Positions 30,090 through 40,032 of a stretch of 64,000 bases of DNA are shown piece by piece (the stretch's first letter is position 1; each line of letters opens with the position of its first letter). This stretch comes from Candidatus Magasanikiibacteriota bacterium. Lineage in GTDB: Bacteria; Patescibacteriota; Patescibacteriia; Magasanikbacterales; UBA922. Under the pieces are notes generated by a model, which had not been told where the DNA came from, did not search any database, and worked only from the letters and a program-made list of their open reading frames with translations. The stretch lies in contig JACPSK010000001.1 of the NCBI GenBank assembly GCA_016193335.1, positions 22,716 to 86,715 of the forward strand, in the 5' to 3' direction. A program made the position numbers and the translations under genes.

Positions 30090-30100
30090 ATCTGTGGCGA

Positions 30101-31006
30101 TTAGACCCTAAGATATTTTCTCATCGCGAGAGAACTGGTAAAAATGCAGAGAAGTAAAACCGCCAAAAACTGAAAACCAACGAGCTCCAGTATATGAGAC
30201 TTATAGTAGTTTGTCAATAAGCTGGGGGACCCAAAAATGGAAGAAAGATGAAGATCCAAAAAATTCAAGGCAAAATAAACGGCAATGCCCGAGAGAGAAA
30301 TACTCAAAACAGTGAAAAACAAAGACTCCACCACATAAGGGCCCCGAACATACCAATTTGAGGCTCCCACCAATTTTTTGATGCTTATTTCAACACGCTG
30401 GGTATAAATTGCCACTCTTACGGTGTTGAAAATGATAATAAAAGCAATAAGCGCGAAAAGGCTGGTCAGCATAAGAGTAAATCGTTCAACTTGGCTGGTA
30501 ATCGTAGTAATGCGTTCAATGGCTTTTTGAGTATCCGCGAAAGTCTTGGCCACAATGATATCTTCGTATTCCGGAATTTCCAAGGCTTTGATAACTGTTC
30601 CATAGTCTGCGGGTTCTTTGGTCTTTATAATTAAAGTGGGGCCGAGAGGGTTGGCTTCAAGCTCACCAAGCGAAGCTACGATAGCGGGTTTTTTTTCATA
30701 CGTCTTTCGAAATTGTTCCAGTGTGTCTTCTCTCGTCAAGAACGAAGTTTCTTTGATCTCTGGCAAGGAATTGACGTACTGAACTATTTCTTGGATGCTT
30801 GTATCCTCGGCAAGAGGATTAAAATGAATACTCACGTCAAGTTGTTCTTGAATGCCAGACACTGATTCTTGAGTGATAACTCTTACCACGAGCAAAGTAT
30901 TCACGGACAAAAGCATTAAGACCAAAATCAAAACAGTCATGCCCGACAGACTCAGATTTCTTCCCATGTCCTGAAATGAAAAAACTATAATACGAAACAT
31001 TGACAT
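30101..31006 (-). CDS. ftsX: Cell-division ABC transporter permease FtsX
   Basis: 4-TM FtsX-like permease with large extracytoplasmic loop. Directly downstream of ftsE. Confidence 0.75.
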   Translation of the reverse strand: MSMFRIIVFSFQDMGRNLSLSGMTVLILVLMLLSVNTLLVVRVITQESVSGIQEQLDVSIHFNPLAEDTSIQEIVQYVNSLPEIKETSFLTREDTLEQFRKTYEKKPAIVASLGELEANPLGPTLIIKTKEPADYGTVIKALEIPEYEDIIVAKTFADTQKAIERITTITSQVERFTLMLTSLFALIAFIIIFNTVRVAIYTQRVEISIKKLVGASNWYVRGPYVVESLFFTVLSISLSGIAVYFALNFLDLHLSSIFGSPSLLTNYYKSHILELVGFQFLAVLLLCIFTSSLAMRKYLRV

Positions 31007-31037
31007 AGCCGGTTCGCAAAATTAATATATATAATTC

Positions 31038-31718
31038 TTACAATTTGTATTTGCCCCTTTGTTCGTCTGAAACAATACGGCCGTCTTCCAAGGCAATAAC
31101 CCGTTTCTTGAGATGGTTCACAATCTCCCGATTATGAGTCACCAGAATAACCGTAGTGCCGAATTCATTAATTTTTTTTAAAATTTCTATAATTTCATGG
31201 GTATTGAGAGTATCGAGATTGCCCGTAGGTTCGTCTGCCACCAAAATTTTTGGTCTATGAACCAAGGAACGCGCGATGGCCACGCGTTGTTGTTCTCCCC
31301 CTGAGAGCTGATGAGGATAGCTTGACCCTTTGTGTCCAAGGCCCACCACTTCCAAAACTTTGGGGACTGCTTGATGAATACGTCCCCGAGCGCTGCCAGC
31401 CACTTCCAAAGCAAAAGCTATATTTTCCTCAACCGTTTTTTTGGCGAGAAGCTTAAAATCCTGAAAAATCACCCCTATCTGACGCCTAAGGAGGGGTATA
31501 TCGCGGTACCGTATTTTGGTTATATCCCAGCCGCCAATGCTCAGCGCGCCCTTATTGACCCTCTCTTCCGCGATAAGCAATTTGACCAAGGTGGTCTTGC
31601 CACTTCCGCTTTGGCCCACCACAGACACAAACTCACCGGCCTCTATATCCAAGCTAATGCCCTCAAGAGCAGGATGTTCTTTGACATAATATTTACTGAC
31701 GTTTGAGAGAGAGATCAT
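31038..31718 (-). CDS. ftsE: Cell-division ABC transporter ATP-binding protein FtsE
   Basis: Walker A GQSGSGKTTL, ABC signature LSGGEQQRVAIARSL, Walker B ILVADEPTGNLD. Confidence 0.85.
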   Translation of the reverse strand: MISLSNVSKYYVKEHPALEGISLDIEAGEFVSVVGQSGSGKTTLVKLLIAEERVNKGALSIGGWDITKIRYRDIPLLRRQIGVIFQDFKLLAKKTVEENIAFALEVAGSARGRIHQAVPKVLEVVGLGHKGSSYPHQLSGGEQQRVAIARSLVHRPKILVADEPTGNLDTLNTHEIIEILKKINEFGTTVILVTHNREIVNHLKKRVIALEDGRIVSDEQRGKYKL

Positions 31719-31906
31719 AGCTTTTTTGCTGAGATCAAATTAAACTCAGTATATCATACAGATTGCTTAACAAAAAGAGCATGAATCCCTGAGATTTGAG
31801 TCAATCTCTTATTCATGCTTTTTCTAAAAAAGTTATCCAAGCGATAGCATTCAACATGGGTACCTGACAGAGACAAAATTTTGTTTGTATGGTAGAAAAT
31901 TTTTAG

Positions 31907-31979
31907 AGCCGACCATGGGACTTGAACCCATAACCTTCGGTTTACGATACCGATGCTCTACCAGTTGAGCTAGGTCGGC
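31907..31979 (-). tRNA. tRNA-Thr (anticodon CGU)
   Basis: GCCGACC/GGUCGGC acceptor; D-arm GCUCAACUGGUAGAGC; anticodon stem UCGGU/ACCGA with loop AUCGUAA; T-arm AUGGGUUCAAGUCCCAU. Confidence 0.75.
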
Positions 31980-32024
31980 CTTGCAAATGGCGAAAAAGTA
32001 TCGGTAGCGATTGTAACACAAAAA

Positions 32025-32393
32025 TCAAACCCATTCAAGGCGAGGTATGATATCAATAGGAGGCTCTTCATAGGGATGAACTTCACGAATAGCACGCAAA
32101 ACACCAGTGAGCTTATCTTTGTGGCAAATGGTCTGTATAATTTCTTCTTCGACCACTTCTGAAACTCCCGGGCGTCCTATCGCCGGCCGAGCCCCTTCCA
32201 AAGGCAAAAATCTGCCTGTACAAGGAAAAGAAGCGCTACAATAGCGGTAATTCCCCTGTACACCGGCGCCGGCGTCTCCCATGGCCTGCCTCAAGGCTTC
32301 CGCATGGGTTTTTGGGACGCCAACCTGTAATTTCACAAAATCAGATTCTTTGAGCATGTAAAAAATCATTATTCTTTTTTCCCAGCTTCTCAA
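32025..32393 (-). CDS. Stand-alone Nif3/YqfO-type PII-like insert domain protein
   Basis: VGVPKTHAEALRQAMGDAGAG...GNYRYCSASFPCTGRFLPLEGARPAIG...LRAIREVHPYEEPPIDIIPL parallels the PII-like insertion of B. subtilis YqfO (AHPYEEVAYDIYPL). Confidence 0.45.
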   Translation of the reverse strand: MRSWEKRIMIFYMLKESDFVKLQVGVPKTHAEALRQAMGDAGAGVQGNYRYCSASFPCTGRFLPLEGARPAIGRPGVSEVVEEEIIQTICHKDKLTGVLRAIREVHPYEEPPIDIIPRLEWV

Positions 32394-32418
32394 AACAATT
32401 AACGCTTCAAACCAAAAC

Positions 32419-32706
32419 TTATTGAAGCATTTTCATGCGTAGGGCTTCAATGAGCGCGGGATCCTCAGGATTTTTAAGAGCCATCCTGCGCAGATTGGGG
32501 TTATTCTTAATCACGTGTTCAAAACGCTCGGCATGGCCTTCATCGACCCATCTTGTGTCTCCGGCTTCTGCCCCATAGCCCATGGTAGCGGCCAAGACAA
32601 CTTGACAAATATTGTATTCTTTGAGAGGCAGAGGGAGGACATTTTCTAACTCTTCTCTGTTTGGTTCAATTGGCCTCTCTGGAAAAACTTGCAGATTTTC
32701 TTCCAT
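32419..32706 (-). CDS. Hypothetical protein
   Basis: ORF only. Confidence 0.3.
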   Translation of the reverse strand: MEENLQVFPERPIEPNREELENVLPLPLKEYNICQVVLAATMGYGAEAGDTRWVDEGHAERFEHVIKNNPNLRRMALKNPEDPALIEALRMKMLQ

Positions 32707-32761
32707 ATTTTAGTTTATATTTGATTTGAATTGAAAACTCAGACGAGCATTATCTCACCTG

Positions 32762-32832
32762 AGCGGGATACGAGAATCGAACTCGCGTCTCTTGCTTGGG
32801 AAGCAAGCATACTGCCACTGTACTAATCCCGC
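32762..32832 (-). tRNA. tRNA-Gly (anticodon CCC)
   Basis: GCGGGAU/AUCCCGC acceptor; D-arm GUACAGUGGCAGUAU; anticodon stem CUUGC/GCAAG with loop UUCCCAA; T-arm CGAGUUCGAUUCUCG. Confidence 0.75.
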
Positions 32833-32857
32833 GTAAAGACAGGCAGAAAAAAATAGT

Positions 32858-33910
32858 CTAGCTTCCTGTCTCATCTTTTAGATTATCAACAGTACTCGTG
32901 GCGGTTTTATCAAAAATGTCTTCAAAGGGATTATGGATATTGGCGTAAAGCCGTATATCGGCCTCAGCCAATTTGCGATCCATAAAGGCGGAAAAATTCG
33001 AACTCAGTCTCTTTTCAAGCACTTCCACAATATGGAACCCAAAGGCAGTGCGAACCAGTGTTTGAGACAAAGAAGGAACTTCCATGCTGAACACAGCTTC
33101 TTCAAATTCAGGAATCATCTGACCTTTGCCAAACCAACCAAGATCTCCACCTTCTTGGCTCGTGCTGTCTGAACCGAATTCTTTTGCAAGAGTCTCGAAA
33201 GACTCACCGTCCTGTATTCGTCTTAAAACTTCTTTAGCTTTTTTTCCCACAGCAGCCTCGTCTTTCTCGGCGTCAACTTTAAATAAAATATGGCGAGCGT
33301 GAATCTGGAGAAGAGCCAGAGGATCACCTTCGACAAGCGGTATTTTTTGGACAGCTTCAGCAAGCTTCTGTTCTCTGAGCGTAGGCACGATCACATGATC
33401 TACAAAGGTATCCTCATCCCAGCCAAAATTTTGAGTCAGCTGATTTTGCAAAGTCTCTGCATCTGGAAATTGCGCGGCGAAAGTATCACGCTCAGATTGA
33501 ATTTCTTCAGGAGAAATCCGGACATCATAGTCCGCGGCCACTTGCTTGATGAGGGCGTTTACTATAAGCCTGCTCAATGCTCTGTCTGAATAATCTTGGT
33601 CCTTGAGCAGATTGGCTTCTCCCTGAGACGCGGAATAAACTCGAAGAGCATTGAGATCTGAGATATAGTCTGAATACAAAATGGGCGTTTTGTTTATTGA
33701 AGCCACGGGAAGACGAAGAAGCTCCGCGCCCTTTACCACAAAGACTTGTTGCTTCGCGGCGCGGACGCCGAAACTTATAACCGCAATCGAGATCAAGAGA
33801 GCCAAAAGAAGCATGCTCAAAAAACCTCCACCGAATACAAGCAATACAGAGGGAGAAAACGTTGAAGCAGAGGCTTTGGAATCTTGAGTGTCCTTTTTAG
33901 ATAAAACCAT
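32858..33910 (-). CDS. Membrane-anchored parvulin-type peptidyl-prolyl isomerase (PrsA/SurA-like)
   Basis: N-terminal TM helix; PpiC domain ARHILFKV...GGDLGWFGKGQMIPEFEEAVFSM...AFGFHIV. Confidence 0.8.
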   Translation of the reverse strand: MVLSKKDTQDSKASASTFSPSVLLVFGGGFLSMLLLALLISIAVISFGVRAAKQQVFVVKGAELLRLPVASINKTPILYSDYISDLNALRVYSASQGEANLLKDQDYSDRALSRLIVNALIKQVAADYDVRISPEEIQSERDTFAAQFPDAETLQNQLTQNFGWDEDTFVDHVIVPTLREQKLAEAVQKIPLVEGDPLALLQIHARHILFKVDAEKDEAAVGKKAKEVLRRIQDGESFETLAKEFGSDSTSQEGGDLGWFGKGQMIPEFEEAVFSMEVPSLSQTLVRTAFGFHIVEVLEKRLSSNFSAFMDRKLAEADIRLYANIHNPFEDIFDKTATSTVDNLKDETGS

Positions 33911-33930
33911 AAAACAATAGACAGATAAAA

Positions 33931-34338
33931 TTAAGGTTTGTGGCTAAAATAATACCACCATTTCCGCGGGTTGTCCAAGACCTCCCACTTTTTTTCTTCA
34001 TCCAAGGCCTGAGCATTTGTTTCCGGTTCCGGGCCAGAAACATTTTGTATAAAAATCACTTGTTCGTCCGGCTTTTTTAAATTAAGTTCTGTGCGGGCTT
34101 TTTCTTCCACAAAACGATCGCTCATCACAAAATCCAAGAAACGCAGAGATTCAAATTTTTTTTTCTCAAGAGAATCAATGTCTTCTTTAAGTTTTTTTAT
34201 TTCTTGACGCACTTTATAATCTTGATAATAAGCTCTGGCAAAACCGCCGGCAGTAAGTATTGCCAAAAACAAAGCCACCAGCAAAAATAATCGCGAGGTA
34301 AAAAATTTTTTGAATGGAGACTGCTTCTGGCGGCTCAT
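33931..34338 (-). CDS. FtsB/DivIC-like septum formation initiator (TM + coiled coil)
   Basis: Single TM helix then leucine-zipper-like EIKKLKEDIDSLEKKK. Size 135 aa. Confidence 0.5.
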   Translation of the reverse strand: MSRQKQSPFKKFFTSRLFLLVALFLAILTAGGFARAYYQDYKVRQEIKKLKEDIDSLEKKKFESLRFLDFVMSDRFVEEKARTELNLKKPDEQVIFIQNVSGPEPETNAQALDEEKKWEVLDNPRKWWYYFSHKP

Positions 34339-34340
34339 AT

Positions 34341-35057
34341 CTATTTTGTTTCTTCTATTTTAGCTTCTTTTCTCTTAAGAAGCTTCTCCGACATATCTCG
34401 TACCCGTTTGAGCTCTCCGGACTCTAGTTCATACAATTTTTCTATGATAAGATTCGCCACGTTTTCGCTGAACTCGTGCGCATGCTTCGTAAGATATCTC
34501 TCTTTGAATTCATGTATTACCTGTTGAACCCGCAGGGGCTCCTTAATGCCTTCCAGCCTCAAACGAGGGCTATCAGGACGATCTGACAAGGTGAGAGAAC
34601 CATAACGAAAAAGACTCTGGGATATGCCTTGTATTTTGCCGGACACTTCGTCGAGTTGATCATAGAGATATTCCACGATTTCACGCTGTAAAAAATTGTG
34701 CTGACGTAAAAGTATGACGCGATGAGTCGTGAGCACCAAAAGATTTTTCTTCCACAGCACGTAAAACCGAAATAAGGCAAGCAAACTGCCCAAAAGAACA
34801 AACGCAAAAAGTAGCTGGCCCCATCTTCCTTTGCTAAAAAGCCAAAACATGAAAAAGAAACTAAGCAAGATAAAAACCAAAGGAAGAGCCCAATGCCAAA
34901 ATAAACTAAGCCCATATTGCCTAAGGCTCATCAAAACTCGTTCTTGATCTTTTAAGGTTATATCTTTCATAAGGTCACGGCGCAGATTGATGGTGATGGA
35001 AAATTTTTTTGTTCTTTTTACAGCCAAGGTGAAAGCCTGTTCAATTGATGATCCCAA
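34341..35057 (-). CDS. Membrane protein with bacterial PH (bPH_2/YdbT-like) domain
   Basis: Two TM helices followed by VLTTHRVILLRQHNFLQREIVEYLYDQLDEV. Probable true start at the internal MKDITLKD (34970), because the listed start overlaps the GT4 gene by 40 nt. Confidence 0.5.
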   Translation of the reverse strand: MGSSIEQAFTLAVKRTKKFSITINLRRDLMKDITLKDQERVLMSLRQYGLSLFWHWALPLVFILLSFFFMFWLFSKGRWGQLLFAFVLLGSLLALFRFYVLWKKNLLVLTTHRVILLRQHNFLQREIVEYLYDQLDEVSGKIQGISQSLFRYGSLTLSDRPDSPRLRLEGIKEPLRVQQVIHEFKERYLTKHAHEFSENVANLIIEKLYELESGELKRVRDMSEKLLKRKEAKIEETK

Positions 35058-36151
35058 TTGAATTCCGAGGCTACTCTTTCACGGCCGGCCAAACCCAGAC
35101 GCTTGGCGAACATTTCGTCCTTCAAAAGACCCAAGAGCATGTCCGCCACGTTTTTGTGCTGAGCCGCTTGGACCACAAAGCCTGTTTTGGCGTGAACTAC
35201 CGCGTCTCTCACTCCTCCGCTGTCTCCGGCGATCACCGGCAATCCCGAAGCGGCAGCCTCCAAAAAAACCAAGCCTATCCCCTCTTCAAAACCATCATGA
35301 GGGTGAGTAAGGAGCATAAAAATGTCAGAAGACTGATAATACACTCTCAAATCCGCATGAGGAACTTCTCCAATAAAACGGACAATGTCTTGAAGATGCT
35401 GTTTTTGCACCAGTTGAACGAGAACATCATATTTTGGCCCGTCGCCAATGACAAGCCAGACCAGGGTGGGATATTTCTTTACCACTTCAGAAAGCACACT
35501 CACCATATTTGCAAAGCCTTTGCCTTCCACCAAGCGACCTATTGAAAGGATAACTTTCTTTCCTTCAAGAGCCAGAGTATCTTTAAGGGAAAGGCGTTCT
35601 TCCTCCGGGCTTTGTTCAAAAAAATAAGGTTCAGGACCCGGATACAGGACCATCGTTTTCTCTTTGAGCCGAGGCAGGGCTTGGAGAGCTCTTGACCTCA
35701 ATGATTCGCTGTTCACGATGAGCTGTTCAGAATGCCGCAGAACCTGCTGTAACATTATCTTTTTCCACGGATGTCTCAGAGCCGCGCCCAGATCTGTGCC
35801 ATGAGAAAAAACGAGATACGGTATCCGCATGAATTTTTTTACAAACCATGCCATATAGCCCACCGGAAGCATGTGGTGTATCATCAAAAGATCAATTTTT
35901 TCTTTGCGGCAAAGGAAAAAAAGCCTAAAACAGCCAAACAACCAGCGAGGCCAGGTAAAGCGGGGAGATAAAATATTTTTTCTTATAATTCTATAACCGC
36001 GAGAGGCGTCAAAATCCTTGGCTTCCTTATGAGGATTGGCCAACACAAGAACAGACGCGTTCTGTAGGCCTCTCGCAAGCTGATCCACATACGTGGCAAT
36101 CCCGCCTATCTGAGGCGGAAATTCCATACTAATGATAAGAACCTTTTTCAT
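35018..36151 (-). CDS. Glycosyltransferase family 4 (GT-B, RfaB-like)
   Basis: EGIGLVFLEAAASGLPVIAGDSGGVRDAV motif. Confidence 0.8.
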   Translation of the reverse strand: MKKVLIISMEFPPQIGGIATYVDQLARGLQNASVLVLANPHKEAKDFDASRGYRIIRKNILSPRFTWPRWLFGCFRLFFLCRKEKIDLLMIHHMLPVGYMAWFVKKFMRIPYLVFSHGTDLGAALRHPWKKIMLQQVLRHSEQLIVNSESLRSRALQALPRLKEKTMVLYPGPEPYFFEQSPEEERLSLKDTLALEGKKVILSIGRLVEGKGFANMVSVLSEVVKKYPTLVWLVIGDGPKYDVLVQLVQKQHLQDIVRFIGEVPHADLRVYYQSSDIFMLLTHPHDGFEEGIGLVFLEAAASGLPVIAGDSGGVRDAVVHAKTGFVVQAAQHKNVADMLLGLLKDEMFAKRLGLAGRERVASEFNWDHQLNRLSPWL

Positions 36152-36185
36152 ATGCGACTATTGTACCATGGATCTGGGCCTGTTT

Positions 36186-37619
36186 CTACGCCTTAAAAAG
36201 AGAAAGGAATTCGCGCAGTTCTTTTCTGGTCAGGCGGCCGGTGGCAAAGAGCATACATAAATACACCAAAAAACCCAAAGCAATGGAATAAAAAAGATGG
36301 ACATGCCGGGCGCTCCACCAAACCACGATTCCCATGACTAAAGCCGATAGTATGGTTGAAATAAGATGCCTGGCAATCAAAAGATGAGGTATGGGGGCAA
36401 GCCCTCTTGCGAATATGTAGCCGAGGATGCCAAGAAGAATATTAGCTCCCAAAGCAGAAAACGCCGCTCCCGTGGCCCCCAAGCGGGGAATCAAAAACAT
36501 ATTGGCGCTTATGTTGAAGACGAGAACAAGGGCGGTAATGGCAGTTTGAACATTTTGTCTTGAACAAGCATTCAAAAAAGCGCCGATAGGAAAACTGACG
36601 AAAGAAAATACCAGACTGATAATGAGAATTTTCAGAGGGACGACGGAAGGAATGAATTCGCTGGTAAAAGCGAAAACTACAATCTGATCGGCCAAAAGAT
36701 ATATGCCGGTAGAAATGGGTAAGGCCACCATAAACAAAAAAGACAGACTTTGTTCAAAGCTCTGAGCCAATTTGCTTTTATCGTGTTCAAAGTATTCGCT
36801 AAAGCGAGGATACAAAGCCGCGATCAGGCCGAGAGGAATAAATTGAAAGGCAAAGGTTATTTTTGATGGAGTTGAATAAAACCCAACTTCCGCGGCGGTG
36901 GCGAGTTTTTTTAGCAAAATGACATCAGCGTAAGAATACAATCTTCCGCATACAGCGGCCAGCCCAAAAGGCAGAGCTATAAGGGCCAAAGTTCTGAGGA
37001 GTTTTCGGTTCTGCCTTATTTCAAATCTTAGACCAAAACGTCTCATGGCAATAAAGGCGGCATACAGCACATTCAAAGCCGAAGTGATACTGAAAGCCAG
37101 TATCAAAAATATGAGCGGCATTCCGAATTTCAAAAAAATAAATCCCAGAATCAAGGTAAGCAATTGCACTGTTGGTAATGACAAGGCTTCATAGCGAAGA
37201 TTGTTATGAATTCTCAGAACCCCATACAAAGTAAGATGCAAAGAGTCGAGAAGCATGGTAAGACCGGAAAGATAGACAAGCGCTTTAAATTGTCCCTCAA
37301 AACCAAGGACTTCCAAACTTACAACAAGAGCTATATAGCTTAAAATACCAAGAAATATTTTTATGAAAAGAACATTGGAAAAAAGTTCCTGGGTCCGCGA
37401 TCTGTCTTTGGAAGCCTCTCTAATAAAGACATTAGTAAAACCAAGATCAGCGAAAATAACAAATATCGTAGTCATGGCGAGAGCCGCGGTATAAAGACCC
37501 AATTTTTCCGCCCCCAGTTCACGGGCGAGAATAGTAAAATAGGTCAGAGAGATCAACTTCTGTCCTACTGAAGCCCCTATCATGAAGCTCGTATTTTTTG
37601 CTACGGAAACAATGGACAT
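36186..37619 (-). CDS. MOP-superfamily polysaccharide/lipid-linked oligosaccharide flippase (Wzx/MurJ-like)
   Basis: About 14 predicted TM helices, PST-family layout. Confidence 0.7.
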   Translation of the reverse strand: MSIVSVAKNTSFMIGASVGQKLISLTYFTILARELGAEKLGLYTAALAMTTIFVIFADLGFTNVFIREASKDRSRTQELFSNVLFIKIFLGILSYIALVVSLEVLGFEGQFKALVYLSGLTMLLDSLHLTLYGVLRIHNNLRYEALSLPTVQLLTLILGFIFLKFGMPLIFLILAFSITSALNVLYAAFIAMRRFGLRFEIRQNRKLLRTLALIALPFGLAAVCGRLYSYADVILLKKLATAAEVGFYSTPSKITFAFQFIPLGLIAALYPRFSEYFEHDKSKLAQSFEQSLSFLFMVALPISTGIYLLADQIVVFAFTSEFIPSVVPLKILIISLVFSFVSFPIGAFLNACSRQNVQTAITALVLVFNISANMFLIPRLGATGAAFSALGANILLGILGYIFARGLAPIPHLLIARHLISTILSALVMGIVVWWSARHVHLFYSIALGFLVYLCMLFATGRLTRKELREFLSLFKA

Positions 37620-37689
37620 ATACTTATTCTAAGCCATGCAAGGCCGCAAATCAACTCCCCCAGAGATAGCCGCTGAAAACAACAATTTG

Positions 37690-37840
37690 AAATTTATAAT
37701 TTATAATCAATTTTTATTCTCTTAATTTCTAATGGCTGAGTCTGCGCAGTATCTCTCAGATCACAGTATTTTGTTTAAATCAAAATGATATTATGTCATT
37801 ATAAAAAGGGTTAAAAATTAGAAATTATACATTGAAAATT
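37690..37840. repeat. Copy B of the intergenic hairpin element (ttataatttataat...tattctcttaatttctaatggctgagtctgcg...tgtcatta...ttagaaattata), right arm degenerate
   Basis: Sequence identity to the 21885..22045 core seen directly. Confidence 0.5.
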
Positions 37841-37972
37841 ACCTCAGGATTATTGAACGTTTTTTGTGAACTGAAAAATCCCCTTTTTGGAGGAGATTCT
37901 TTCATTTCTGACCTGGAAACGCGAATAGACATCCGAATCAGGAAGATACAAAAAAATCTTCCAAGAAAAACT

Positions 37973-38392
37973 TCAACGTTTTCTCCACTGTCTGCCTCTT
38001 CTTGCTCTGCGCAGACCTGATTTTTTCCGTTCTTTTACGCGAGCGTCTCTGGTCAAGAAACCTTCAGCTCTCAATACGGGTTTAAAATCTTCGTTCCATC
38101 TTACCAAGGCTCTGGCTATGCCATGTCTCACCGCTTGCGCCTGAGACATGTGTCCGCCGCCCACAACCCGAACCGTTACGTCAAAACCGCTTTCTTTGCC
38201 TACACTTTTGAGCGGAGCAAGAACGGTCTGCTGGTTGAAGGCCTTTGGAAAATATATTTTAAAAGGCTTATCATTTACCGTAATCGCGCCTGATCCATTG
38301 GGATGCAAACGCACACGCGCTGAAGATGTCTTTCTCCTTCCAACCGCCCGCTCAAATGACGCAGCTTCTTTTTGTATGAGATTTTTTGCCAT
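37973..38392 (-). CDS. rpsI: 30S ribosomal protein S9
   Basis: GGGHMSQAQAVRHGIARAL and C-terminal ...RRGRQWRKR. Confidence 0.9.
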   Translation of the reverse strand: MAKNLIQKEAASFERAVGRRKTSSARVRLHPNGSGAITVNDKPFKIYFPKAFNQQTVLAPLKSVGKESGFDVTVRVVGGGHMSQAQAVRHGIARALVRWNEDFKPVLRAEGFLTRDARVKERKKSGLRRARRGRQWRKR

Positions 38393-38440
38393 ATAGGTAC
38401 TAGTGTGCTCTCTGGTGAGATATATGCTCAGAAAATATTA

Positions 38441-38815
38441 TTATTTTATAGTAAGCCGTTTCATCATATGGTCGCGAAGCTTATTTTTTGGAAGCATGCC
38501 ATATATCGCACGTTTCAAAACCTCGGCAGGATTGCTGAGAAATATTTTTTTGAGAGGGGTCCTCTTCAAACCGCCCGGATGACTTGTATGATGAAGATAA
38601 TCTTTCTGAGCAAGTTTTTTCCCGGTAAAAAGGACTTTAGCCGCGTTTTTTATTATTACAAAATCTCCGCCGTCTCTATTGCTCTCATAAGAAGCTTTGT
38701 TCTTTCCTTGCAAAGCGCGAGCCGCCTGTGAAGCCGCCCGACCGGGAGCGATTCCGGACGCGTCTATTTCGATGGTGTTTCGTTGTATCGGAGTATTCAT
38801 ACGAAAATAATTCAT
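38441..38815 (-). CDS. rplM: 50S ribosomal protein L13
   Basis: Family-typical sequence and gene order upstream of rpsI. Confidence 0.85.
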   Translation of the reverse strand: MNYFRMNTPIQRNTIEIDASGIAPGRAASQAARALQGKNKASYESNRDGGDFVIIKNAAKVLFTGKKLAQKDYLHHTSHPGGLKRTPLKKIFLSNPAEVLKRAIYGMLPKNKLRDHMMKRLTIK

Positions 38816-38839
38816 TGATGGTATGATCTATCTCGTCTT

Positions 38840-39190
38840 TTAAATAAATTCTACACGCACGATGTCCGCTTTGTCATTTGATCTGAAACCAAGCTTGGTA
38901 GTACGCGTATAACCGCCTGAACGTTCTTTATAACGAGGAGCTATGTCTTGCATCAGTCTCTTCACTGCTTTCCCGGTATATAAAGCTTTCATGATGCCCT
39001 CTTTATCAACTTGCCTGTTTCTTTTTGCCTTGCTCACCAAAGGTTCCACATAGCGTTTAAGCGCTTTTGCTTTTGTCTTTGTGGTGACAATTCCGCCGTG
39101 CAAAATAAGGCTTTCCGCAAGGCCGCGAATCAACGCGTCGCGTTGAGCTTTTTCTCTGCCTAATGTTATTTTTTTGCTATGGTGTCTCAT
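38840..39190 (-). CDS. rplQ: 50S ribosomal protein L17
   Basis: MRHHSKKITLGR...LHGGIVTTKTKAK. Confidence 0.9.
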   Translation of the reverse strand: MRHHSKKITLGREKAQRDALIRGLAESLILHGGIVTTKTKAKALKRYVEPLVSKAKRNRQVDKEGIMKALYTGKAVKRLMQDIAPRYKERSGGYTRTTKLGFRSNDKADIVRVEFI

Positions 39191-39223
39191 AGGTGTGCTT
39201 GGACTTCTAAACGAGGTTCATTA

Positions 39224-39982
39224 TTATTCTTCAGGAAGTTCTTCTTTTGATTCATCTGTCTCTGATTCTGTTTTTTCACCGGCCTCTCCAGTCGGCCCGG
39301 CATGTTTGAACAACATAAAATAATCCATCAAAATGTCAACCGCCTGTTCCACTGCTTCTTTCACTGCCACCGTACCGTTGGTTTCTATATTAAGCGTTAA
39401 TTTCTCAAAATCAGTAATGTCTCCGACGCGGGTATAATCGATATCATAGCCCACGTCTTTCACCGGCGAATAAAAAGAATCAACCAAAATCGTGCCCAAA
39501 TCCAAATGTTTACTTTCTTTTTCTGAGGCAGGTATATAACCCAGACCTTTGCCTATAATTATTTCCATGGACAATGTTTTGCTCGGGTCAGTGATCGTGG
39601 CAATTTTTTGTTTTGGATTTACCAATTCGAGGTCAGCATTTTTGTCGAAATCAGCGGCCGTCACTTCGCCTAGCCCTTTTTTGCTAAGGGATAAACGAAT
39701 AGGTTCGTTGGAAAAAGATTTAACAGCCAACTGTTTTAAATTCAGGATAATCTCAACGACGTCTTCTTGGACTCCTTTTATGGCTGAAAATTCATGCTGA
39801 ACGCCATCAATCTTTACCGCTTCTACCGCAGCGCCTGGAATGGAAGACAAAAGAACTCTCCGAAGAGCATTGCCTATGGATGTCCCATAGCCCTGATGGC
39901 AAGGACTCATGACCACTGTTCCAAGGTTTGAACCTTCTTCCTGTGTAAATTCGACGCTGGTGGGTAAAAATATTTTTTCCAT
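39224..39982 (-). CDS. rpoA: DNA-directed RNA polymerase subunit alpha, N-terminal domain only (no alpha-CTD)
   Basis: GYGTSIGNALRRVLLSSIPGAAV; ends after about 250 aa in an acidic tail ESETDESKEELPEE. Confidence 0.85.
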   Translation of the reverse strand: MEKIFLPTSVEFTQEEGSNLGTVVMSPCHQGYGTSIGNALRRVLLSSIPGAAVEAVKIDGVQHEFSAIKGVQEDVVEIILNLKQLAVKSFSNEPIRLSLSKKGLGEVTAADFDKNADLELVNPKQKIATITDPSKTLSMEIIIGKGLGYIPASEKESKHLDLGTILVDSFYSPVKDVGYDIDYTRVGDITDFEKLTLNIETNGTVAVKEAVEQAVDILMDYFMLFKHAGPTGEAGEKTESETDESKEELPEE

Positions 39983-40032
39983 AATGATTGCATTACGGGA
40001 CAGGTCTGCAAAAAGCAGGTCGCCCTCCTAAA

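Noticed and set aside
34559-34915. 118-aa minus-strand ORF inside the PH-domain membrane protein gene
   Set aside because: Alternative frame of the same strand, Cys/Phe-rich, no support.
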